A DNA stretch of 62,345 nt, taken from contig DAHUYA010000184.1 in the NCBI GenBank assembly GCA_027315445.1, forward strand, positions 1-62,345. Reading direction: 5' to 3'. Positions 55,707 through 62,345 of the stretch are shown here, piece by piece. Numbering within the stretch: the first letter of the stretch is position 1; each line of letters opens with the position of its first letter. This DNA comes from Acidimicrobiaceae bacterium (GTDB lineage Bacteria > Actinomycetota > Acidimicrobiia > Acidimicrobiales > RAAP-2). Made by a program: the position numbers and the translations under genes. The notes under the pieces were generated by a model. The model had not been told where the DNA came from, searched no databases, and was given only the letters and a program-made list of their open reading frames with translations.

Positions 55707-56684
55707 TCACAGCCCGACCGCCCCGGCGAAGGCCCGGAACTCCCGCTCGACGTCGGGACCGCTCGGTGCGTAGATGATCTCGGTCGTCCCCTGTGCCTCG
55801 GCCTCGGCGACCTTGGCCCGGATGCCCTCGGCTTCGGCGACCCACGCCATCCCGACCACGCCCTCACCGGCCCCGTCGACGAGGATGCGGTCGAGGTCGG
55901 TGACGGTGGTGGCGTGCCCTTCGTGCACCGCGAGGTGCCGCTCGGCCTCGGGACGGGTCGAGTCGAGCCCGGCTCGCCATTCGGCTCCCCCCGGGAAGAC
56001 GTCGACCGCCTCGGGGCTGCCCTCCCAGGTTCCGTGGGCCAGGACCGCGTACCACGGCCCGACGGAGTCCTGCACCCGCTGGGAGGTGACCGCCTCTCCC
56101 TGCTCGAGCACGGTGCCGACCACCAGTTGGGCGCTCCAGTCGAACCCCCCGATGCCGGACCCGACCGTGAGGATCCCGTCGGCCACCTCGCGGGTGAGCG
56201 CCCGGCCCCTGGGGCCCAGGGCGCTCAGCAGGATGGGCACCTCGATCGGTCGCGGCGGCGCGAACGCTGGGAGCTGGCACATCTGTACCGCCGCCCCGTC
56301 GGCCTCGACGACCTCGCCCCGGAGCAGCCCTCGGAGCTGGCGCAGGTACTCGCCGGTCTCGCCGAGCGTGAGCGCGTCCTTGCCGAACAGCCATCGGGCG
56401 GTCGCGCCCGTGCCGAAGCCGCAGGCCAGCCGGCCCGGTGCGATCCCCTCGATGGTGGCGATGGCGGAGGCCGTGACCATCACGTGGCGCAGGCTCGGGA
56501 CGAGCACGGCGGTGCCGAGCCCGATGCGGTCGGTGCGCTCTGCGACACGGGCCATGGTGACCCAGACGTCGGCGTAGAGGGCCGGCGAGTCGTACAGCCA
56601 CGCTCGGTCGTAGCCGAGCTCCTCGGCCAGCTTCGCCTGCTCGACCGAGGCGAGCGAGGGGACGATGCCGCACGAGATCTTCAC
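55707..56684 (-). CDS. LLM-class (luciferase-like) flavin/F420-dependent oxidoreductase
   Basis: In ORF 55707..56717. GTG 56684 is preceded by GGAGGA. VKISCGIVPSLASVEQAKLAEELGYDRAWLYDSPALYADVWVTMARVAERTDRIGLGTAVLVPSLRH... Confidence 0.8.
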   Translation of the reverse strand: MKISCGIVPSLASVEQAKLAEELGYDRAWLYDSPALYADVWVTMARVAERTDRIGLGTAVLVPSLRHVMVTASAIATIEGIAPGRLACGFGTGATARWLFGKDALTLGETGEYLRQLRGLLRGEVVEADGAAVQMCQLPAFAPPRPIEVPILLSALGPRGRALTREVADGILTVGSGIGGFDWSAQLVVGTVLEQGEAVTSQRVQDSVGPWYAVLAHGTWEGSPEAVDVFPGGAEWRAGLDSTRPEAERHLAVHEGHATTVTDLDRILVDGAGEGVVGMAWVAEAEGIRAKVAEAEAQGTTEIIYAPSGPDVEREFRAFAGAVGL

Positions 56685-56855
56685 CTGGGTCCTCCAATTG
56701 TTGCCGGGCAGGGCCAACCGGATGGCAGCCCCGGCAGACGATAGGTCTGATCGGCTCGGACCCGGCCGTCGAGGTCCCGCTCAGGAGGGCCGTTCGTCGG
56801 ATACCTCGATTCGCTCGCCGACGGGCTGACCACCCCCCAGGCGGTCAAGGCGCCC

Positions 56856-57815
56856 TTGTCCGGCGACACGACCGTCTTCGTGCCCCGTGAGACGAGGTGG
56901 CCGGCCTTCTTCGCTGCCACCATCTCTCGTCCGTGGAAACAGCTCGGTTCGAAGACGAACCTGATGATCGTCAGCCGTTCAGGCCCATCGGCCACATGGC
57001 GTCTGGCTGAGTCGATCGACCTCTTCAGTCCGTCGGGCCCCGTCATCCTCTCTGCACCGGCCGTCGACGCGGACGGGTACGACGTCATCGACCAGCCGGC
57101 GCTGACCCCACCCGCTCGCTGGTTGGGTGATCTCGCCGCTTACTACGGGTCATGGAAGGACACCGGTCGTGCGCCGGGCAACGACCTGTTCTCCACCGGC
57201 CAGATGACCACCGGGAAGGGAAGAGAGCTGACCACCAACCACCAGGGCACCGTTCTCGATGATGGCGGCGTGACCGTCACGTACCGCTTCGCCGCGCCCT
57301 CGCTCGCGTCCCAGTGGGTGTTCGGGGCCCGCGGCGCCCCGATCTCGTGCGGGAGCGTCCTCGAGTACGCCACCTACCGCCCCGTCGCGGGTCTGCTCCA
57401 TCAGTCGGCCGATCGGCAGGGCTCGGGTGCCACGATCGCACCGGGAAGCTGCTCGAGCATCGTGACGACGTTCGATTATCCGGTGTGCGTGTTCGAGGAC
57501 TTCCAATCGGGTGCTTCCCTCGGGGTGATCGGGGACCCCGACGTCGTTTCGGCGAACGTCGGCTATCCGCCGAGCCGAGTCGCCGGCACCGTGACCATCG
57601 AGGGCGCCGGCGCCGATGATGCCAGCGAGATCACGCGCTCTCCTATCCGACCTCCGGTTGCCAGAGCAAGTGCTGACTCGTGTCGCCCGGTAGGTGGTCG
57701 AAACCTCTCCGATGGACGAAGTGCCACCTTCCTTCCGCTCGCCGCAGCCGGTCCTCGTAACGATTCGACCACACCGGCTGTAGCGGGAAGTCGTCGGTCC
57801 TCTGGAACACGGTGA
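56856..57815 (+). CDS. hypothetical protein (no recognisable domain); 3' end doubtful
   Basis: ORF 56856..57815 (TTG; first canonical start after the in-frame stop at 56748). Coding-like codon pattern to about 57620. The last ~170 nt overlap the convergent NTF2-like gene and look non-coding. Confidence 0.4.
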   Translation: MSGDTTVFVPRETRWPAFFAATISRPWKQLGSKTNLMIVSRSGPSATWRLAESIDLFSPSGPVILSAPAVDADGYDVIDQPALTPPARWLGDLAAYYGSWKDTGRAPGNDLFSTGQMTTGKGRELTTNHQGTVLDDGGVTVTYRFAAPSLASQWVFGARGAPISCGSVLEYATYRPVAGLLHQSADRQGSGATIAPGSCSSIVTTFDYPVCVFEDFQSGASLGVIGDPDVVSANVGYPPSRVAGTVTIEGAGADDASEITRSPIRPPVARASADSCRPVGGRNLSDGRSATFLPLAAAGPRNDSTTPAVAGSRRSSGTR

Positions 57816-58116
57816 TGTAATAGCGGCAGACCGCCGTGCCGGCCCCTTCGTCGATCTCGACGATCGGATTGGTGACCACGTGCCGCGTATGAGGGGTGCC
57901 GTCGTCGGGGAATCGCCGGGTGGTCGCTTCGAAGTTGCGCTGGATCTCCTGCTTCCCATGGAGCTCCATGGTCACGACGTCTCCCGCGACCTTGACCTCG
58001 AAGACGATCGTGGCCTCTTCGAAGAGCTCGCCCACTCCCTCGAAGTCCCCGGCGTCGATCAGTTCCGGGTATCGGTAGATGAGGTTCAGGACCTCCCGGT
58101 AACTCGAGCAGGTCAT
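57643..58116 (-). CDS. SnoaL/NTF2-like fold protein
   Basis: In ORF 57643..58764. ATG 58116 is preceded by GGAGGAG. MTCSSYREVLNLIYRYPELIDAGDFEGVGELFEEATIVFE...CRYYITVFQRTDDFPLQPVWSNRYEDRLRRAEGRWHFVHR is the SnoaL_4-like pattern. Confidence 0.7.
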   Translation of the reverse strand: MTCSSYREVLNLIYRYPELIDAGDFEGVGELFEEATIVFEVKVAGDVVTMELHGKQEIQRNFEATTRRFPDDGTPHTRHVVTNPIVEIDEGAGTAVCRYYITVFQRTDDFPLQPVWSNRYEDRLRRAEGRWHFVHRRGFDHLPGDTSQHLLWQPEVG

Positions 58117-58350
58117 CGGCTCTCCTCCGGGCCCCAGACGGTGACCGTTGGCTCGGGGACCCCTCATACGGTCTGAAGTCGGTGGGCCGAGCAAGGATAC
58201 GTCTTCGCTCCCGTGAGATCCCCCAACAACCCCCGGAGTCGGGGGTCGGAGGGGCCGTGTGACAGGTGACGGAAGAGCGGGGCGATCGGAGGGAGACTGG
58301 GACGGTGGGCCGACCGGACGGGTCGAGCCATCTCCTGCGAGGACCGAGCG

Positions 58351-59304
58351 ATGTCCGACTCGAAGGAACCGAAGATCAGGTTCATGGGCACCTTCCCCAC
58401 CGCCGTCCCGAGCCCCACTGGGGGAAGGTCGGGAGCGCTCGAGGACACCGACCCGACCCTGGAGTCGGTTCCCCTCACCCTGGAGGGCCTGGACCCGTCG
58501 CTGCGCCACCATCTGTCCGCCTCTCAGCAGGCAAGGGCACGGGACCTGGCCCACCAGTCCGTGTGGCGCTCGATCTCGGCGGCCGCCCTGGCAGGTCTTG
58601 GTGCACTGGCGGGCACGGCTGCGCTGCTCGGGGCCCTGCTCGTGCGGATCCCGCTGGTGGTGGCGGCCGACATCCGCACCCTGGTCCTCGCCACGGCTGC
58701 CGCCGCCTTCGGTGTCGGGATCGGCCTCGGCGCCCTCGCGTACGTTCTCTGCCGCCTCGTCCATCCCCGGGCCATCACCCGGGGCCGCCGCCTGTGCGCT
58801 CCAGCCCTCGCCGTGCAGGTGCTGGTAGTGGCCCTGGGCGGCGAGCTCGGACTGACCCGTCCCTGGACGTTTCCGCCCACCCCGGTCAAGACCATGTCAC
58901 CTCGAGCCACCGAGCTGGTGCTCATCAGCCACGGGCTGGCCCGCGGCATGATCGCCTACGAGCGCAACCAGCCGGTGGCCTACTTCCAGACCACGTCCGG
59001 AAAGTGGTTCCGCACGCCCGTCCCTGCCCAGGAGGAGAACCGGTTTCTCGCCGCCTTCGAACGCGCCGCCGCCCACGGCCCGGTCACTTCTCCGGCCACC
59101 CTCTCCGCCAGCTTCGGCACCGACCAGACCGACGCGCTGAGGACCATGGGCGAGGAGTTGGGTCTCTGCACCGCCGGGCTCGTCGTTGTGGCGTTGGTGC
59201 TCGCCGTCATCGAGCGCGCTCGCTGGTCGGCCGGGCCCTTCGAGCCGCCCATCAGTCAGCGCACGCTGCTCCTGGCTGCCCGCGCCTACCGCTTCCCCCG
59301 CTGA
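58351..59304 (+). CDS. hypothetical membrane protein (about 4 TM)
   Basis: ORF 58351..59304. Hydrophobic segments ISAAALAGLGALAGTAALLGALLV, LVLATAAAAFGVGIGLGALAYVL, LAVQVLVVALGG, LCTAGLVVVALVLAVI. Confidence 0.5.
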   Translation: MSDSKEPKIRFMGTFPTAVPSPTGGRSGALEDTDPTLESVPLTLEGLDPSLRHHLSASQQARARDLAHQSVWRSISAAALAGLGALAGTAALLGALLVRIPLVVAADIRTLVLATAAAAFGVGIGLGALAYVLCRLVHPRAITRGRRLCAPALAVQVLVVALGGELGLTRPWTFPPTPVKTMSPRATELVLISHGLARGMIAYERNQPVAYFQTTSGKWFRTPVPAQEENRFLAAFERAAAHGPVTSPATLSASFGTDQTDALRTMGEELGLCTAGLVVVALVLAVIERARWSAGPFEPPISQRTLLLAARAYRFPR

Positions 59305-59439
59305 TTCCCTGGGGAGGACGCAGCGGCACCGCCGTGCTCCTCACCGCGCAGCCGGCGGACACCGACGGCAGTCCGAGAGGGACGTGGTCCCAGTCCGGGC
59401 CCCCGGGAGGCGAAAGTATTGTCACGTAGAGGGGTCGCC

Positions 59440-60306
59440 ATGACGTTCGCCGTCCCTGATGTGGCACGAGGCGCAAGAGACGTTCGCCGGGCGGGTGCCG
59501 GCGTTTCACTGCCGGACGTCCTGGCAGGGGGTCTGGCCGTCGCCGTCGGCGGAGCGAACGTGATCATGCAGCTCGCCCACCTTCCGATCGGGCGCGGCGT
59601 CGCGGAGAGCCGGGTGGAGAGAGGGCGGGTGGACGAGCACCCTCTCGAGCGCATCCGCACGACCTTCACCTACATCGCCGTGGCGGCAGCCGGATCCGAC
59701 GAAGAGCGGCTCGCTCTGCGCAGGGAAGTGGACCGCGTCCACCGTCTCGTTCGGTCGACCCCTGCTGACGCGGTGCAGTACGACGCGTTCGACCCGGCGC
59801 AGCAACTCTGGGTGGCCGCCTGTCTGTACCGGGGGGTGGAGCTCGGCTACACACTGCTCTACGGCACGCCGGACGAGTCGACCGCGGAAGCGCTCTACCG
59901 AGAATGCAGTCGGTTCGGAACGACGCTCCAGGTCCCGGACGCGCTGTGGCCGCCGGACCGGGCGGCATTCGAGGAGTACTGGCGTCAAGGGCTCGAAGCC
60001 GTGGAGATGGACGACGTCACCCGCGCCTACCTTCGGGACTTCGCCAAGCTCGGGTTCCTGCCCTTGCCACTCCGCCACACCCTCGGCCCGCTTCAGCAAT
60101 TCCTCACCACGGGGTTCCTTCCGGAGCCGTTCCGCAGCGAGCTCGGCCTTCCCTGGAGCAGCGGGCGCCAACTGGGGTTCGACGTGCTGATCCGAGCGGG
60201 TGCGTTGGCGATCCGGTGCCTCCCTTCCCCGCTCCGGCAGTTCCCCTTCAACTACCTCCTGTGGGACTTCCGGCGCAGGCGGGCCATCGGAGAGCCGGTG
60301 ATCTGA
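59440..60306 (+). CDS. MpaB/DUF2236-family oxygenase-like protein
   Basis: In ORF 59419..60306, ATG 59440 after AGAGGGG: ...GGANVIMQLAHLPIGRGVAESRVE...HPLERIRTTFTYI...LWVAACLY...; family assignment from memory. Confidence 0.6.
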   Translation: MTFAVPDVARGARDVRRAGAGVSLPDVLAGGLAVAVGGANVIMQLAHLPIGRGVAESRVERGRVDEHPLERIRTTFTYIAVAAAGSDEERLALRREVDRVHRLVRSTPADAVQYDAFDPAQQLWVAACLYRGVELGYTLLYGTPDESTAEALYRECSRFGTTLQVPDALWPPDRAAFEEYWRQGLEAVEMDDVTRAYLRDFAKLGFLPLPLRHTLGPLQQFLTTGFLPEPFRSELGLPWSSGRQLGFDVLIRAGALAIRCLPSPLRQFPFNYLLWDFRRRRAIGEPVI

Positions 60307-60331
60307 CGAGGACGGTCGGACCCGGGAGGGG

Positions 60332-60364
60332 TTGACACGCCGAGATTAGGTTCACCTAAGATAT
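60332..60364 (+). promoter_or_regulatory. candidate promoter (TTGACA -35, TAAGAT -10) overlapped by the inverted repeat TTAGGT-TC-ACCTAA, resembling an IdeR/DtxR iron box
   Basis: TTGACA 60332-60337; TAAGAT 60357-60362 (19-nt spacer); palindrome 60346-60359. The 19-mer at 60346-60364 matches the iron-box consensus TWAGGTWAGSCTWACCTWA at 14/19 by my hand alignment. Located 70-100 bp upstream of the FTR1 permease. Confidence 0.5.
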
Positions 60365-60378
60365 GAGTTAAGACGTTC

Positions 60379-60424
60379 CTAACCCGGGACTCGAGCTGCG
60401 GCTGACCCGGGACTCGAGCTGCAG
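60379..60424 (+). repeat. 23-bp tandem repeat x2 (CTRACCCGGGACTCGAGCTGCRG) in the FTR1 leader; second copy runs into the SD (AGGAAG)
   Basis: Copies at 60379-60401 and 60402-60424 differ at 2 positions. Each carries the self-complementary hexamers CCCGGG and CTCGAG. Confidence 0.9.
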
Positions 60425-60431
60425 GAAGCCC

Positions 60432-61337
60432 ATGCTGGCCACATTCGTGATCTTCCTCCGTGAGGGCATCGAGGCGAGCATGATCATCGCGATCCTGCTG
60501 GCGGCCCTCGAGCGGATGGGCCAGCGCCGGCACTTCCGTGACGTCATCGTCGGGGTGGCAGCGGCCTTGGTGCTCGTCCTGGCCGGTGGGATGGCGGCGT
60601 ACCTGACGATCCGGACCTACGCCGGCTCCCGGGTGCAGACGATCTTCGAGACGTGCACGTACCTGCTGGCGGCCGCCGTCCTCACGTACATGACCTTCTG
60701 GATGCGCAACCACGCGCCCCGGTTGTCGAGCGAGTTGCGACAGCGCACGCAGGAGGCCCTGGACGGAAGGGCCCGCTGGGGGATCCGGCTCCTCGCCTTC
60801 CAGGCGGTCGGCCGTGAGGGGCTCGAGACCATGGTGTTCACGCTCGCCATCGTTTTCGCCACCTCGACCCGCGGCGTCCTTCCCGGAGCGGGCGCCGGTC
60901 TTGCCGTCGCCATCGGGATCGCCTTCGCCGTATACCACTTCGGCAAGCGCATCAACGTGGCCCTCTTCTTCAAGGTCGTGGGTGCCCTCCTCATGGTGTT
61001 CGCTGCCGGCCTGCTGGTCGACGCCGTCGAGAACCTGCAACAGCTCGGCTGGCTCCCCCTGCTCACACACCCGATGTGGAACACCTCCCACGTGCTGAGC
61101 GAAGACAGCGCGCTGGGCGACGTCTTCCACAGCTTCTTCGGCTACGCCGCCCGGCCGACCATCGGGCAGGCGGTCGTGTACCTGGCCTACCTGACCGCGG
61201 CGCTGACCGCGTTCATCGTGGTGCCCTGGCGCCGGCACGCCGCCGTCCGTCGCACATCGGGAGCCGCAGCACCGCCGGTGCCGTCGGATCCCCCCCCACC
61301 TTCGTGGCCGCCCGACGCCGGCACGGTCACCTCCTGA
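60432..61337 (+). CDS. FTR1/EfeU-family high-affinity iron permease
   Basis: ORF 60432..61337. Two REGxE motifs (FLREGIEASM and VGREGLETMVF); about 7 TM. Confidence 0.88.
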   Translation: MLATFVIFLREGIEASMIIAILLAALERMGQRRHFRDVIVGVAAALVLVLAGGMAAYLTIRTYAGSRVQTIFETCTYLLAAAVLTYMTFWMRNHAPRLSSELRQRTQEALDGRARWGIRLLAFQAVGREGLETMVFTLAIVFATSTRGVLPGAGAGLAVAIGIAFAVYHFGKRINVALFFKVVGALLMVFAAGLLVDAVENLQQLGWLPLLTHPMWNTSHVLSEDSALGDVFHSFFGYAARPTIGQAVVYLAYLTAALTAFIVVPWRRHAAVRRTSGAAAPPVPSDPPPPSWPPDAGTVTS

Positions 61338-61527
61338 GGGCACGGTCGCCAGCGGAAATCGGGGCACGCCGCGCGCGGCGGGAAGCTCGCCTTCGGTGAC
61401 GCCAACGACGTCGGCTCACTGCCCGGTTCGGAGGTCACCCCGCCCCGCCCGGTGATGGCCCTCGTACCCAGCGCCGCCCAGAAGGGCTACTGGCTCATCG
61501 GCTCCGACGGCGGGGTCTGGTGGTGAT
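61338..61527 (+). pseudogene. start-less remnant encoding about 1.5 units of the actinobacterial GYWLxxSDGGVFxFGDA repeat
   Basis: Open frame from the FTR1 stop (same frame) to TGA 61525-61527: ...GGKLAFGDANDVGSLPGSEVTPPRPVMALVPSAAQKGYWLIGSDGGVWW. No in-frame ATG/GTG/TTG before the internal GTG-ATG (PVM). Confidence 0.5.
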
Positions 61528-62023
61528 GACCGACGGCACCTTCTCCGACACGACGCAGCCGGCGTGCCGGCTGGTGGCCGCCGGGACGACGGCGTGGCTC
61601 GGCGCCGGCACCCCCCGGGGTGGCTGCACCATGCAGACGATCGAGGAGTACACCGACGGGGGCACTTCGGCGATCTTCTTTCGCCCGGTCACCGGCTACC
61701 TGCCGCCCTCGGTGGTTGGTGACGCGGTCGACGGCCTGTGGACGATGCGCCCCGCCGTCCCCGGTGAGACCTGGGAACGGCAGGTCCTCTCCGTCGACCC
61801 CGAGACGGGAGCCGAGTCTGTGGCCGCCACCGTGCCTGGGGTGCCGATCCCACCCAGTCCGGAGAGCACCGGGCTCATCGAAGGACAGGAGGTGTTCTTC
61901 GACGGCTCGCTGTACCTGCTCGAGCCGCCGTTCAAGAAGGACGGCTACCTGGGGTACACGTCCATCGTCCGGATCCGTCCGGCACCGGTCGGCTCGCCGG
62001 GGTCACGCCGATCCACCGGTTGA
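61520..62023 (+). CDS. hypothetical protein
   Basis: ORF 61520..62023. High GC3 throughout; no domain I recognise. Confidence 0.45.
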   Translation: MVMTDGTFSDTTQPACRLVAAGTTAWLGAGTPRGGCTMQTIEEYTDGGTSAIFFRPVTGYLPPSVVGDAVDGLWTMRPAVPGETWERQVLSVDPETGAESVAATVPGVPIPPSPESTGLIEGQEVFFDGSLYLLEPPFKKDGYLGYTSIVRIRPAPVGSPGSRRSTG

Positions 62024-62048
62024 GAATCGCATCCCCTGCTCGACAGCC

Positions 62049-62075
62049 CACGAGGGATCGTCTGAATCCCTCGTG
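62049..62075 (+). terminator. 10-bp perfect stem-loop (CACGAGGGAT - 7 nt - ATCCCTCGTG) 26 nt after the stop at 62023
   Basis: Read directly; followed by a weak T-containing stretch (gctttcat) about 15 nt downstream. Confidence 0.5.
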
Positions 62076-62247
62076 TCGCGAGGACGGACTGCTTTCATCT
62101 GCACCGGCGGCCCGGCGTGACGCAGGCGTTTCCGACGTCACCCGCCGATGCCTTCCCAGCACCCTGGCACCGGTTCGAGGCCGTGCCGCACGCCCTTCGA
62201 CGCTCTCGTGTCCTGCTCGTGTCTTGATGCGGAGCAGCGGGCGGTCC

Positions 62248-62269
62248 CTGACGAGTCGTCCCTCGTCAG
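62248..62269 (-). terminator. 8-bp stem-loop (CTGACGAG - 6 nt - CTCGTCAG) just 3' of the minus-strand tRNA-Leu
   Basis: Read directly; 21 nt downstream of the tRNA 3' end on the minus strand. Confidence 0.3.
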
Positions 62270-62289
62270 ACCACCGCGGTTGGGGTCGG

Positions 62290-62345
62290 TGGGCGAGGGG
62301 GGACTTGAACCCCCACATCCTTTCGGACACAGGAACCTGAATCCT
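62290..62345 (-). tRNA. tRNA-Leu (anticodon CAG), 5' part truncated by the window end
   Basis: Reverse complement reads ...AGGA TTCAGGT TCCT (anticodon loop with CAG). A long variable arm follows (GTGTCCGAAAGGATGT). The T arm is GGGGG TTCAAGT CCCCC, the acceptor 3' strand is CTCGCCC, and the discriminator is A at 62290. CCA is not encoded. Confidence 0.8.

Noticed and set aside
56681-57088. Minus-strand ORF 56681..57088 (135 aa) between the LLM oxidoreductase and the hypothetical gene.
   Set aside because: Poor codon bias and no motif. It overlaps the LLM start region and the better-supported plus-strand ORF 56856..57815.
60379-60424. CCCGGG-A-CTCGAG-CTGCAG looks like a SmaI-XhoI-PstI polylinker, raising the possibility of cloning-vector contamination.
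   Set aside because: These GC-rich hexamers are common in a 70% GC genome. The element is a natural-looking imperfect tandem repeat in a sensible leader position, and the flanks are ordinary chromosomal genes.
61520-61530. A frameshift joining the GYWLIGSDGGVWW remnant to ORF 61520..62023 into one gene.
   Set aside because: The sequence after the junction (VVMTDGTFSDTTQPAC...) does not continue the expected SDGGVF-FGDA-F-GS repeat pattern in any frame. I treat them as separate entities.

Overview
High-GC (roughly 70%) actinobacterial chromosome segment centred on the replication origin. Phylum assignment rests on gene order and is an inference; a finer guess such as Acidimicrobiia is weaker. 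Left part: panB-DUF5318, PadR-ino1, cca, DUF6049-murJ, degV, trxB-trxA-cwlM. Next comes the minus-strand block parB-parA-rsmG-jag-yidC-yidD-rnpA-rpmH. It diverges at about 19.9-20.1 kb from the plus-strand dnaA-dnaN-recF-dciA-gyrB-gyrA, so genes point away from the origin on both sides. Two parS sites and several DnaA-box clusters are readable directly. The right half is accessory: a RodZ-like gene; an OmpR/HK two-component pair coupled to a MacB-type ABC pump with two different membrane-fusion proteins and a secreted OB-like protein; a DMT transporter; a thioesterase. Then follows pstSCAB extended by four translationally coupled genes (two membrane-anchored PstS-like paralogs, a sortase-like protein with a non-canonical active-site motif, a lipoprotein). 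After that: EAL-HDOD, a frameshifted repeat/Ig-like gene, ECF sigma plus small anti-sigma-like ORF, DUF1707, an LLM oxidoreductase, several hypotheticals, MpaB, an FTR1 iron permease with a structured leader, a gene remnant, and a truncated tRNA-Leu at the window end. I found no CRISPR array, transposase, integrase or recognisable defence genes. The extended pst/sortase-like cluster is the best candidate for an undescribed system. Other points worth a second look: an in-frame TGA inside cca, a ~47% GC patch inside yidC, an AT-rich palindrome inside parB, an isolated convergent DnaA-box pair, and a ~310-aa acidic Trp-rich extension on ParA. The many long antisense ORFs in the track are high-GC artefacts.
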